From the human T2T-CHM13v2.0 reference genome, Homo sapiens, in assembly GCF_009914755.1 (NCBI RefSeq), contig NC_060936.1: a DNA stretch of 64,000 nt; one strand, given 5' to 3'. The notes beneath the pieces were generated by a model, which was given only the letters and a program-made list of their open reading frames with translations, had not been told where the DNA came from and searched no databases. This document shows positions 43,195-55,672 of this stretch, piece by piece. A program made the position numbers and the translations under genes. How positions within the stretch are numbered: position 1 is the first letter of the stretch; each line of letters opens with the position of its first letter.

Positions 43195-45573
43195 GTATAC
43201 CCTCAGATTCGACTTTTCAAAAGCCTTGAGCCCAGCCAGGGATTTATCTGTGCTGCAGATAGGTGTATGAGTTTGGGTGAAGTCCTCTCTTCTTAAGGTC
43301 CCAAGACAACCTGGTATTCCTGGGCCTGTCAGAAAGTGACTTATTTATCACAGATCAAGAACACTCTCAGAAACTGCATAGGTAAGGTATGAGGCTGGTT
43401 TTCCTAAGAAGCTTTCACCTGTAAGTCACCTTCAATTTCTCAAAGCAGTCTGGTCATACCTGAAAATATGCCATTCAGTCAAAGCCTTTGTAAAATACCA
43501 GTGTCTAAAATTGCACCCTGTTGTAAAAGAAAGTAGAATTTTGTTGAACTTATGCAATTAACTATTTTGTCATAAATTAAGAATACTCACAAATAGTTTC
43601 CAAATTCTGGAGAAATTATGTTGAGAGAAAGAAATATCCTTCAAATTTTGCTCACAAGAGAATACTTTTACTCAATTGTTAAAAGCTATAAATAGCTCAA
43701 AAAAGTTTTCTTCACTCTGAAAAACAAAACAAAATGAATCAGCAATGTTGCAAAAATATAAAAATTATTTCAGTCCTCTATTAGTTCAGTCCCATGTAAC
43801 TAACTCATTCCACTTGATATTCAGTTAGCAATCCTTATGAACACATCAGCTTTTTAATTACAGTCCTGGAAATTTTTCTAGTTCAATGGCACAATCTCCA
43901 AAGTTATTAGAAACCTGCCTTTCAGAGCACTCATAAGAGTCCTATAGCTGATTAGAAACTCCCGTTTTGAAAAGGATCAAAGTAAAACAATAATTGTGGA
44001 TGACAAAAGTCTTAAAATAGTCACAGTTAAAGACACAATGATAAGGACATTTGTTATGGCATATAATAGTGTAACATCATAATGATAATTATTACCGATA
44101 ACATTTCTGAAGACATTTCAGAATTATAGAAATTTGAAACACATACTCAGTAACACATTTATGTCAATTTACCTCAAAAAAGTTAAACACCATTTTATAC
44201 TTGATAATGTTTCCTGTATGCTTTTAACACATTAAATAAGCCAAATATGTCTCTCTTGGACTTATAAAAAGTCAGTTTAAGGTCAAAAGACTGAATTTAG
44301 ATTTTAATTTTGGAACATTTGTTAAATATCAAAGGTTTTAAACAGTTGATATCATGAAATAGCATCAAAGGTTACTTTAAAACCATTCATTCATTTAGCC
44401 AAATTGGCAATTCAAAGACTTTGAAAAAATAAAAACTTTTACTCTTTAATAGTGAAGATACTTGCTTTCCCAAACAATAAGTCCTAATAAAGACAGCATA
44501 GGCCAACTGAATCTATCTTTCTCTCTCCCTTTCTTCTTTTTGGTAGTTTATTCAAAGGACAAATTAAAATCTCCCACTATCTGTTAATATTACACAAAAA
44601 TATTGTTCAAAGAGGAAAACAAATTATACCTTTCCATTAGTGTATGCTAAAGGTAATTTTAGTAAAGTCTTATAAATAAATCTATCAAGTTTTAATCAGT
44701 TTGATCATAAGGTAAGATTTCCATAAATCTTTTATAACTTTCCATTAACGAGTAGATCAATGCTGAAAAAAATCCCTGTTATTTCAACATGGAGGCCCAG
44801 ATTTTGGCCCTGCCTCAGTGTGCTTTTTATTTTAATGTTTAATTTATAGAAAAACTAAATAATACACTTCAAAGTTTAGCCAACTTGATCACATTTAGAA
44901 TTCCTTTTACAAGACTTATCTCCCACAATCAATTTTAAAACATGCTTAAATCTTCAGTTTTGTTCTATTATCCCTTAATTTTAAAAAATCCTTAAAAACC
45001 TCTAGATAAAACTGCTTTCTCTTTGATGAAAATCACAGTATCACATCTTTTTAACTTTTTATTGAAAATACATCTTACTTTTCTTATACTGTTTGTATGT
45101 ATCTAGTAGTTTTAATTACATTGATTAATTGTTACGTTAACTCTTAGTGACCATATTTTTAGTGAAAAAGCTATGAGATAAGCAATTTTAATTATGTACC
45201 AAATGCATAGTCCAGGTCAAAAGGTAATGCCTGGGCCCTGGCCAAAGGCTCATATCTAAAGATATTAGTTTATACAAAAGTTAAACAAGTATTAAAAGTA
45301 TTCCAGAAGCAGCATTAATATCTTAAAACATCTAGTATAGATAGTATCTGACTGCTTGACTAATTCAGGCCAGAGAGATGCTTAAATGAAATTTTTGAAG
45401 ACGTTTCTATTTTATTTTACCAACAACTTTAGAACTGTCCTCACCAAAGATTATTAAAGTTATGTGAACTAAAAGGCATTTGAGTTAAAATTTCTATTTC
45501 TCTGACAAAATATCTGACTTATGCACTTTTTTCTTTAAACCAATTAATTAGAGCTCTTTTGTATATATTGGCA
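42330..45573 (-). mobile_element. MER4-group non-autonomous ERV internal sequence
   Basis: AT-rich, no ORFs, colinear similarity with about 50200-53090. Confidence 0.85.
43104..43199. repeat. Compound (TA)n/(TG)n microsatellite
   Basis: Direct reading. Confidence 0.9.
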
Positions 45574-45894
45574 TAGAGGGTCAGTCAATTATGTATTTGT
45601 TTCACACTCAGTAAATCTGCACTTTACATAAGCTAAAGTAAACATACTGTAGAAGAAGAAGTTAAATATGCATTCATCTCTGGGTGGGCAGTGGGATGAT
45701 TTCTAGTCTCTTGTCTTATACTTATGATGATAAGCTGTTAATTTACATTGTCAGGGTGATGGGGGCCACCTGGAGAGATATCTGTTTAGGAAGAAAAAGA
45801 AAGGCAGATTTTTGTATGTGATTCAGTTTCCAAGTTTAACTTTCCCTTATGATATAGTGAGTTTAAGGTTCCAAGGTTTTATTTTTCTTTCATA
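45574..45894 (-). mobile_element. Partial MER4 LTR (5' LTR, U3 side only)
   Basis: Direct repeat of about 41990-42329. Confidence 0.85.
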
Positions 45895-45898
45895 AAAG

Positions 45899-46180
45899 TA
45901 TCATGCATATAAGGTGCTGTGAAAAATAATTTGACAGTTACTCTAAAATTTAAACATGAAATTGCTATATGACCCAATAAATTCACTCCTAGGTATCTAC
46001 TCAAAAGAAACAATAGCTGGTCAAATACATGTACATGTATATTCATAGCAACACTATTCACAACAGCCCAAAAGTGGAAACATCACAGATGTACATTAGA
46101 AGAGGAATGAAGAAATATATTGTGGTATATACATCCAACAAAACACTACCCAGCCACCAAAAGGAATGAAAAACTGATAC
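45899..46180 (+). mobile_element. L1M 3' region fragment
   Basis: ATATGACCCAATAAATTCACTCCTAGGTATCTAC; CACTATTCACAACAGCC. Confidence 0.8.
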
Positions 46181-46590
46181 TGTAACCATAATAGGTCCAT
46201 TGCCATATGCACACAGCAAGTCAATACCAGGTTGCAACAGAGAAAGAAGTTTAAGCATAAGGCTGCCTCAAGAGAAGATGAGAGCAAGCCTCAACTCTAT
46301 CTCCCCAAGGTGTCTGTGGCTAGAGTTTTCGAGGGTTTTGGAGTAGGCTAAAATGTGAAGATTGGTAAAATAATGCAGGTGAAGGGAGATAAAGTTGTAT
46401 TCTCATGCTGATTCCGTTCCACTGTGGGCATCTTCAAAATGGTTGGCATTATCTGTTTTACTGGAATTCAGAATCGAAAAAACAGCTTAAGCAATTCTTA
46501 AACAAAAGCCTTATGATTCTATGACAGAAATCCTATCTAAAACAAATGTCTTATGTCAGAAATCCTATTTATATGAACAAAGGGATGCAC
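46181..46590 (-). mobile_element. Partial ERV1 LTR (MER66-like)
   Basis: TGTAACC...GTTGCAACAGAGAAAGAAGTTTAA; truncated at L1 junction. Confidence 0.6.
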
Positions 46591-48145
46591 GTGTTTTCCA
46601 GCTTGGTTCCATTCTCCCCATCACTTTCAGGTATACCAATCAAACATAGATTTGGTCTTCTCACATAGTCCCATATTTCTTGGAGGCTTTGTTCATTTCT
46701 TTTTATTCTTTTTTCCTCTAATCTTATCTTCTCACTTTATTTCATTAATTTGATCTTCAATCACTGATACCCTTTCTTCCACTTGATTGAATCAGCTATT
46801 GAAGCTTGTGCATGCGTCATGTTCTCGTGCCATGGTTTTCAGCTTCATCAGGTCATTTAAGGTCTTCTCTACACTGTTTATCCTAGTTAGCCATTTGTCT
46901 AACCTTTTTTCAAGGTTTTTAGCTTCCTTGCAATGGGTTAGAACATGCTCCTTTAGCTCAGAGAAATTTGTTATTACCGACCTTCTGAAGCCTACTTCTG
47001 TCAACTTGTCAAAGTCATTCTGCATCCAGCTTTGTTCTGTTGCTGGCAAGGAGCTGCGATCCTTTGGAGGAGAAGAGGCACTCTGGTTTTGAGAATTTTC
47101 AGCTTGTCTGCTCTGGTTTCTCTCCATCTTTGTTGTTTTATCTAACTTTGGTCTTTGATGTTGGTGACCTACTGATGAGGTTTTGGTGTGGATGTTGTTT
47201 TTGTTGATGGTGATGCTATTCCTTTCTGTTTGTTAGTTTTCCTTCTAACAGTCAGGTCCCTCAGCTGCAGGTCTGTTGGAGTTTGCTGGAGATCCACTCC
47301 AGACCCTGTTTTCCTGGGTATCACCAGCAGAGGCTGCAGAACAGCAAATATTGCTGCCTGATCCTTCCTCTGGAAGCTTTGTCCCAGAGGGGCACCCTCC
47401 TGTATGAGGTGTCTGTCTGCCCCTACTGGGAGGGGTCTCCCAGTTTGGCTACACAGGGGTCAGGGACCCACTTGAGGAGAAAGTCCGTTTGTTCTCAGAG
47501 CTCAAATGACATGCTGGGAGAACCACTGCTCTCTTCAGAGCTGTCAGACAGAGACGTTTAAGTCTGCAGAAGTTTCTGCTGCCTTTTGTTCAGCTATGCC
47601 CTGCCCCCAGAGGTGGAGTCTATCGAGGCAGTAGGCCTTGCTGAGCTTCAGTGGGCTCTGCTGAGTTCGAGCTTCCCAGCCACTTTGTTTACCTACTCAA
47701 GCCTCAGCAATGGTGGACGCCCCTCCCCCCGCCAGGCTGCAGCCTCACAGGTCAGTTGCAGACTGCTGCGCTAGCAGCGAGCAAGGCTCCATGGGCATGG
47801 GACCCACCAAGCCAGGCACAGGAGAGAATCTCCTGGTCTGCCGGTTGCTAAGACCATGGGAAAAGTGCAGTACTTGGGTGGGAGTGTACTGATTTTCCAG
47901 GTACAGTCTGTCACATCTTCCCTTGGCTAGGAAAGGGAAATCCCTTGACCCCTTGCACTTCCTGGGTGAGGCAATGCCCCGCCCTGCTTTGACTTGGCCT
48001 CCTTGGGCTGCACCCACTGTCCAACCAGTCCCAATGAGATGAACCAGGTACCTCAGTTGGAAATGCAGAAATCACACATCTTTTGCATTGATCACACTGG
48101 GAGCTACAGACTGGAGCTGTTCCTATTTGGCCATCTTGGAATGGA
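46591..48145 (-). mobile_element. L1PA (about PA7/8) 5'UTR plus 5' part of ORF1, 3' part absent
   Basis: ORF1p N-terminus MERNQSRQAENSQNQSASSPPKD (46792-47127); 5' terminus CCTATTTGGCCATCTTGG. Confidence 0.93.
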
Positions 48146-48384
48146 ACTAGCAGCAGATTCTCAGATACTCTAGTGGATCCCTGGATTTGAGGGATCTTGA
48201 CTCTTCATCTTTCAGCTCACAGCAGGCACACGACTCTCTGTGCTACTGACATTTAAGGTCCAGCCACTTTTCACACCTTGTCCCAAAGTCAGTAATTTCC
48301 CTGGTGACCAGCAAGGGGCTCTAGGGGCTGAGATTAGCAACTTATGACCTGTGTGTCAAAACATTTCAACTTTCTTAATCCTAT

Positions 48385-48604
48385 TGTTACAGGACTGCCA
48401 GGTTTGTATGCCTGCTGTGCAGTAAAAGACCAATACACTAAAACAGTGGACAGTGGGGTTTGCTGTGGAGGAAGAGTTTTTAATAATTACATGACTACTG
48501 ATAAAAGTAATAATAGGAATTCTCAAGCCTTAAATTTGTTGTGTCAAGGAGTTCTGGGCAAGTGTCTTTAAGGGGATCATAGGGAGTGAGGGACTGGAAA
48601 ATGT
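48385..48604 (-). mobile_element. Partial ERV1 LTR (MER66-like)
   Basis: TGTTACAGGAC...GACCAATACACT...GGGTTTGCTG. Confidence 0.5.
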
Positions 48605-49225
48605 CTTTGTTCTTATTTTATTTTAAGTTCCAGGTTACATGTGGAGGATATGCAGGTTTGTTACATAGGTAAACATGTGCCATGGTGGTTTGCTGCACCT
48701 GTCAACCCATCACTTAGGTATAAGCTTAGCATACATTAGCTATCTTTTCTGATGTTCTCCCTGCCCTGAACCCCTTGACAGGCCCCAGTGTGTGTTATTC
48801 CCCCAATGGGTCCATGTGTTCTTATCATTCAGTTCCCACCTATAAGTGAGAACATTCAGTGTTGGGTTTTCTGTTCCTGTATTAGTTTGCTGAGGATAAC
48901 AGCTTCCAGATCCATCCATGTCTCTACAAAGGACATGATCTCCTTCCTTTTTATGGCTACATACTATCCCATGGTGTATATGTACCACGTTTTCTTTATC
49001 CAGTCTACCATTGATAGGCATTTGGGTTGATTCCATGTCTTTGCTATTGTAAACAGTGCTGCAATGAACATACACATGCATGTATCTTTATAATAGAATG
49101 ATTTATTTTCCTTTGGGTATATACCCCGTAATGAAATTGCCTGGTCAAATGGTATTTCTGGTTCTAGGTCTTTGAGGAAATGCTACTTTCTCTTCTACAT
49201 TGATTGATCAGTGATATTGCACTTT

Positions 49226-52200
49226 GTGTTTGTGTGTGGGGGGAGACCAGTTTTATTATTACACAAATCAGTCTCCCTGAACATTCAGGGAGAAGAGTTT
49301 TTAAGGATAACTTGGTGGGTTGGGGGAAGCCAGTGATCCAGGAGTGCTGATTGGTCAGAGATGAAATCATAGGGAGTTGGAGCTGTCTTCTTGCGCTCAG
49401 TCAGTTCCTGGGTGGCGGCCACCAGATCAGATGAGCCACTTTATTGGTCTGGGTGGGGTCAGCTGATCCATCAAGTGCAGGGTCTGCAAAATATCTCAGA
49501 CACTGATCTTAGGAGCAGTTTAGGGAGAGTCAGAATCTTGAGGCCTCCAGCTGCATGACTGCTAAACCATAATTTCTAATCTTGTGGCTAATGTTAGTCC
49601 TACAAAGGCAATCTAATCCCCAGGCAAGATGGAGATCTGCTTTGGGAAAGGGCTGTTACCATCTTTGTTTAAACTATAAAATATAAACTAAGTTTCTCCC
49701 AAAGTTAGTTCAGTCTACACCCAGGAATGAACAAGGACAGCTTGGAGGTTAGAAGCAAGATGGGGTCAGTTAAGTTAGATCTTTTTCACTGTCTCAGTCA
49801 CAATTTTGCAAAGGCAGTTTCAGTCCCTCCCTTTGGGTTTTATAACACCTCAATCTTAAGGTGTAGGCTATGAAGATGGGAAAAGGCCTGATTGCTCTGG
49901 CTTCTTCCTGCTGACAGGGGACATAGTGGGAATGGGAGTGAACCCCAAGGTGAGAAGAGTGGAACTGCTTTGCAACTGTCTGAGTGTACTCATGCAGGCC
50001 TGGCTGGGCTTTCAAGACTTGCATGGCAAAAACATCAGTACTCTCAGCTATAGTTTTACCACAGTTTTTAAGTGAACAGCCTACTACAAGGTAAATAATG
50101 AGGAGTACAATTCCCAATTTTAAAAGCAAAGATTTGAAAGCATTAGTTTGGGGACCTCTAACCCATGAAGAATTTAGAATTTAGTCTAAACTGCAGAAAA
50201 AAAAAACCTCAAGAATGGCTAACAACAGTGTACTATAGTTTTTCTTTTGAAGCACAATTTCTCTCTCTCCAGTCCCCATTTTTATTAAAAACAAATCATG
50301 ATAGAACTGATTTGTTTACAAAACAAACTTTAGTCTTACTGTACTTGGCCTGGTTATTTGCATAAAGTACAGCAAGAATAATTACTTTTCACTTAGGCTT
50401 TTTTATTTGGCTTGATGGAACTCTGTTTGATGAAGAATCTCAGGTAAGACTTTTTAAAAGCCGAGCCCAGCCATGGGTTTGTACCTTCAAATACCAATGA
50501 GTTGGACAAATTCCTCTCCTCTTGAGGTCCCAAGATAACTCGGGGTTCCTGGGCCTGTTAGAAAATGGCATTCTTTACTTACCACAGGTTGAGAACCTTG
50601 TACAGGGACTCTGTGTGGACAAGGTATGAAGCCAGATCCCCCAGTGGGCTTTAATTGGCTCTATAAGTCAACTTTGATTCTTTAAAGGAAGCATTTCTTT
50701 CCAGTCAAAGCCCTGGTAAAATAACCAGGTTCTCCAATTGTGTCCTGTTACAAAAGAAAACAGATTCTTATTGCACTTATGCAATTAACTATACTGCCAT
50801 AAATTGAGACTATTCACAAATAGTTTCCAAATTCTGGAGAAATCTAGTAGAGAGGAACAATATGCTCCAAATTTTGTTCACAGGAATATATTTTACTCAC
50901 TTGTTAAAAGTTGCAAATAGCTCTAAAGAAATAAGTTCTCTTGACTCTGAAAACAAAAGGTTTAGCCATGTTTAACACATTAGCTCTCCATGAGAGTCTT
51001 AGAATTTTGGGATTTTTCCTCTATTCCAATAGCACAATTTTTAAAGTTATCTGAGACCTACACTTAGAGTCCTATATCTGATTATAAACTGCCTTTTGAA
51101 AGCAAGACAAAATATCTGTGGATGACAAAAGTCTATAGCAACTATTAAAGCTACAATTGACTAGAAATTTTGTTTACTTCAGTGGCATGTAACAATTTTA
51201 CATAACAATTATAATTATTGATAATGTACACAATATTATATCAACATTATAGAAGTTTCCCATAATTTTGGAACACATACTAATAACATATTTATACAAA
51301 TATAGTCCAAAGTAAACCAAACACCATTCACTCTTCTATTTGAAAGATTTTTCTCTACTCTACTGTCACAATCTCCAGCATTATGAATCAGAATCCTGCA
51401 TTTAAGAGCACCTGTTAAATTTTATAGCTGATTATAAAACCATCTTTTAAAGAGGACCAAAGTAAGACCACAATTGTCTATGGATGACAAAACATTTTAG
51501 GGAAGCCACAGTTAAAGATATGATTGATAAGGAAATTTGTCACCTCTGTGGCACACAGTCTGTTAACGTAATAATTATAATTATTATTGATAGCATATAC
51601 TAAGTCATATTAGAATTATAAGAGTTTTACATATTCAGAACAAATACCAATAACATGTTTACACAAATGTAGACCAAAGAAAGCCAAACATTATGTCATA
51701 TTTGACAATGCTTCCTGTATGATTTTTGAACCAAATAAGCCAAATGTCATTTTTGGACTTTAGAGGACCTAATATCTAAAATATTAGGCTAGAAAGAAAC
51801 ATAATTTATAATTTGATTTTGGAAAGTTTGTCAGATATCAAAGGTTTAAAACACTGGATATCATAAAATAGAATCCCAGGTCACCACGTCATTCATTTGG
51901 CCAAAGTGATAACTCCAAAATCTTAAAAGAAAACCTTTACACTGATAGGAGACTTAGCTTTCCAAACAAGACCCAATAAAGACAGCAAGAGGCTAACTCA
52001 ATTTGTCTCTTCTCTCTCCTCCATTTTTTTTCCTGCTATTCACCCAAAGTAGAAAACAAAACCCTTTCATTATCTTTTAACATTACATAAAAATCATCTT
52101 CAAAAGAGAAAGCCAAATGTCATGTTTGCATTAGTGCATCTTCAATGTTAAAGCTAGTTTTTTAAAATAAAATTTTATATCTCTATCGGTTTTAATTAGT

Positions 52201-55200
52201 TTGACCATAAGGTAAGATTTTCATAAACTTTTTAAAACCCCTTACAATGTTCCATCAAAAAGCAGATCAATTTTCTGAGAAAACACTGTTATTCCGACAC
52301 ATGGGCTCAGATTCTGGCCCCACATCGGTATGATTTTTAGGTTTTTAAACTACAGAAAAAAATCTAAATAATTTCTTTTAAATCTTAGCCACCTTGTTTA
52401 TACCCAAATAATTTTTTATAAGATTAACCCTTTACAAACCCTTTTCACTTTGCTTAAAGCTTCAGTTTCACCTCATTACTCTTTTAGGTTAAGACAATCT
52501 TTAAAGACCCTAAACTAGACAAAATTACATTCCCTTTAACAAAAGCCACATTCCTATGCCTTCTTATAATCTTTTACCAAAAACACATTCCCTACACACC
52601 TTGTATGTAAACTATTTCTCCAGTAATCTCAATTTCATGTTACAATATTAACTCTTAGCAGCTTTTATTTTTAGTGAAAAACCTGATAAGTAAGCGATTT
52701 TGATTATGTACTAGGGGTGGAGTCTGGGACATCAGATAGAAGTGAAGATAAGGTCTGACTCTTTTCAGCGTAGCTAGGGACATGGCTCTCCACATGTCCC
52801 AGGCCTCATCTATAATGTAATGCTCCAAAGTGGGTAAATTGAATGATTTTCAAAAGTCAAGGAAACAATTTGACTTTAAAGCATTTAGCAGATCTGATAT
52901 CTGACCTTAATTTAGACCAAATGTCTACATTTTGAAGACATTTAATTTTACCAATAATCTTTAAAATTGTCTTTGTTTCCAAAAGATTACTAAAGTTATG
53001 TGAACAAGAAGGCATTAAGTTTCTATTTTTCTGACAAAATATTTCATTTAAGCTCTTATTTTTCTAAGCCAATTAATCAGAGCTCCTTTATATATAAACA
53101 TCACACACACTTGAAACACATATAAATACAGACAAACAGAAGATTCAGCACTTGTAAGATTTTTTATTTGCCAGTTTTTTAATTGGATTACTGGCTTCAG
53201 GGTGCAGCCCTTGAAGGAACAGGGCCAGGAAAGCATGCATTTCTAGGGCCTAATCACAGCTAAAGGCAAAGACAGATCCCCAAAATTAAAGGTACCTTTT
53301 TATACTGGATCATGGATCCCCAAAAGGATGGAAATACTACAGGAGAAGACAGTTCAGTGCTTTTACCAATTGTGCATTTCACTGCAAGGCAACCCAAAGC
53401 CAATCAGCCCATTTTGTAATTAGATCAGCCCCCATGAGAGTCTTATCTCTCAGTGGGGGACAGAGATGTTTCCATATACTCCAGGTGACCAAGAGCATGC
53501 TTCTTTGATCCAAGTGTGCAAAGAGTCAACTATCCTCCATAACTATTATTAGCCATCCCCTAAAGTATATTTCCTACCTAGTTATTATACACCAAGCTCT
53601 TTCATAATGAGAAGTAATTTCTGATACCCCTAAACTCAAAACCATCAGATAACACAAGGCAAAACAGAACAGAGCCTTTTATTTTAAGAGGGATCGATCC
53701 ACTTTTAATTCCTGGGGTTTCATGAGGAAAACAGAGCTTTTTTCCAAAATGGGGCTTGTAGCGCCTCCTGTTTTTCCCAAGGAGTCCCCGGCTACCAGAA
53801 GTTATCTTAGGGTCTCTCATGTGTGCATTAAGAGTGACAAGACAAAAACAATGGAGACAAATAATTCAGTCCACTGAGAAGAAAAAAAAACTTTTTTCCA
53901 GAAAAACAAGATCCAAGAAGAGAAAAACATAAAGCCCTTTTAAATACATCTATAGCTTGTTTATCCACTTTTAATTAAGCTGACTTTTAACCATAGTGCT
54001 CTTTAAAAAAGAAATCCTTTCACATCTCTTATTACCCAACTTCAGCCATTCCAAGTGGCCAATATTTCTAGCTTCTGAACTTTACCAAAGGTAACCTCCT
54101 AGGTGCTTCAAAACATCGTAAGCAGTTTCTTTTTTTTTTTTAAAGTATTCAGAATTTCCATAAGGTAGTTCAGAGAAAGGAAAATTCAAGAGAGAAAATC
54201 AGAAGCTATCTATGAGGGGGGAAAAAAACCTCAATAGATGGCAAAGTTATATAAATAAAAAAACCAGAAAGAATCATTCCAGAAGCCAAGAATAGAACCC
54301 AGGCTGCCATTGTCAAAAGGCAAAAACCTTAGCTACTGAGTTACAACATTGAGCAGTTTCTATTGCTCTTCCCAGAAGGAGCCTAGAGAAGCCAATTTCA
54401 AACTTGCAAAAGTTGTTAACTCCTCAAGAAAATTTTTAGAGCTAACTATAACATGAATCTCCAAATTCCTGTCTTCTAGATAGCAGAAACCAAGAGAAAG
54501 TATTCCCACATGGTCACAATGTTAAGCTCTTAAGGTCACAAAACAAGACAGAGAAATTTCATCTGGTATTGGTTTCAGGGACCTGCAGCAAAGTTAGAAA
54601 CTGAACAGTCTGCTGGGCTGGCTTGAAAAGTGAGCTTCAAACCAATATCAACCTGACAAAGCTCAAACCTTTTCCTATCGGTCCCTGTTGTCTTTGATGC
54701 ACTCCAGGTGGGGAGGGACAACCTCCAAACAGTAATTCACAATGAGGTCTCTGGGCAAGGTGAAGAGCAGATAGTCACTCCAATATAGGCTTGTTGAGCC
54801 TTCTTTAGGGCTCATTGAATGTGACCACACAAATAAGGAGGGTTCTCTGAGTTGGGCCTGCAGAACTTCCATCAGCAACCCCTTCTGTGATCCCTTCTAC
54901 ATACACAACCCACACACAAAGACAAGATGGACAGAAGGCCTTCCAAATCAGATCGCTAACCAAGAACTCCAAGAGTATCCCTTGCAAACTATCCTCCTAC
55001 TCTTCATCTAAGAAACCTTCTCAAAATCTTCCTGATTGAGAAGTCTCCCAAACCAGGACTCTTCCTACTAGTTAGAAAGAGTCAACTGAGGCTCCCCAGG
55101 TGCCAAACAGACACCCTGCAATGGGGCTACAGACACAGATACCCAATGGTGGAGCTACAAACAGACACCCCACAATGGTACTACAAACACCCCACCATAG

Positions 55201-55672
55201 GGCTACAGAACCAGTTGGGAGAAAGAAGGAGGCATTGGCAGGGCCTAGGTTACCCACCAATCCAGACATCCCACAGTGGGGCTACGGACAGACACCCTGT
55301 GATAGGGTACAGTTAAAGGACATCTCCTCATGACTATTTCTCCTTTGCAATTAAATTCACGCACATTGGGTCAGCAGTGCCCTGCCAGTAGAGAGAGTAC
55401 CAGAGTCAGCCAACAGTAAAAGAGAACTAGGTGGCCACTTGGGTTGGCTTCTGAATCCATTGCTGAAGGGGGGCCACTGAACCATGGGCAGGTAGCCACA
55501 AGGGCAATCCCAGATGAGCTCCCAAATTGGTAACTGCCCAAGGGGTCCACATTGCCCACTGCATAGACAGAGCTGATTCATCAAGGCAGAGGAATTGCAA
55601 TAGAGAAAGAGTAATTCTTTCAGAGCCAGCTGTGTGGGAGACCGGAGTTTTATTATTACTCAAATCAGTATC
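49226..55672 (-). mobile_element. LTR8/HUERS-P1 (MER4-group) ERV with processed-transcript structure
   Basis: R-U5 55672-55528, PBS 55524-55507, internal region, PPT 49834-49823, U3-R 49822 to about 49232; ~14-bp TSD. Confidence 0.85.
55507..55524 (-). promoter_or_regulatory. Primer-binding site, tRNA-Pro type
   Basis: TGGGAGCTCATCTGGGAT matches TGGGGGCTCGTCCGGGAT at 15/18, three bases after the U5 end. Confidence 0.85.

Noticed and set aside
49794-50129. 111-aa ORF with a hydrophobic N-terminus near the PPT
   Set aside because: Probably a vestige of an env tail in a non-autonomous ERV; non-ATG start and it runs into the LTR.
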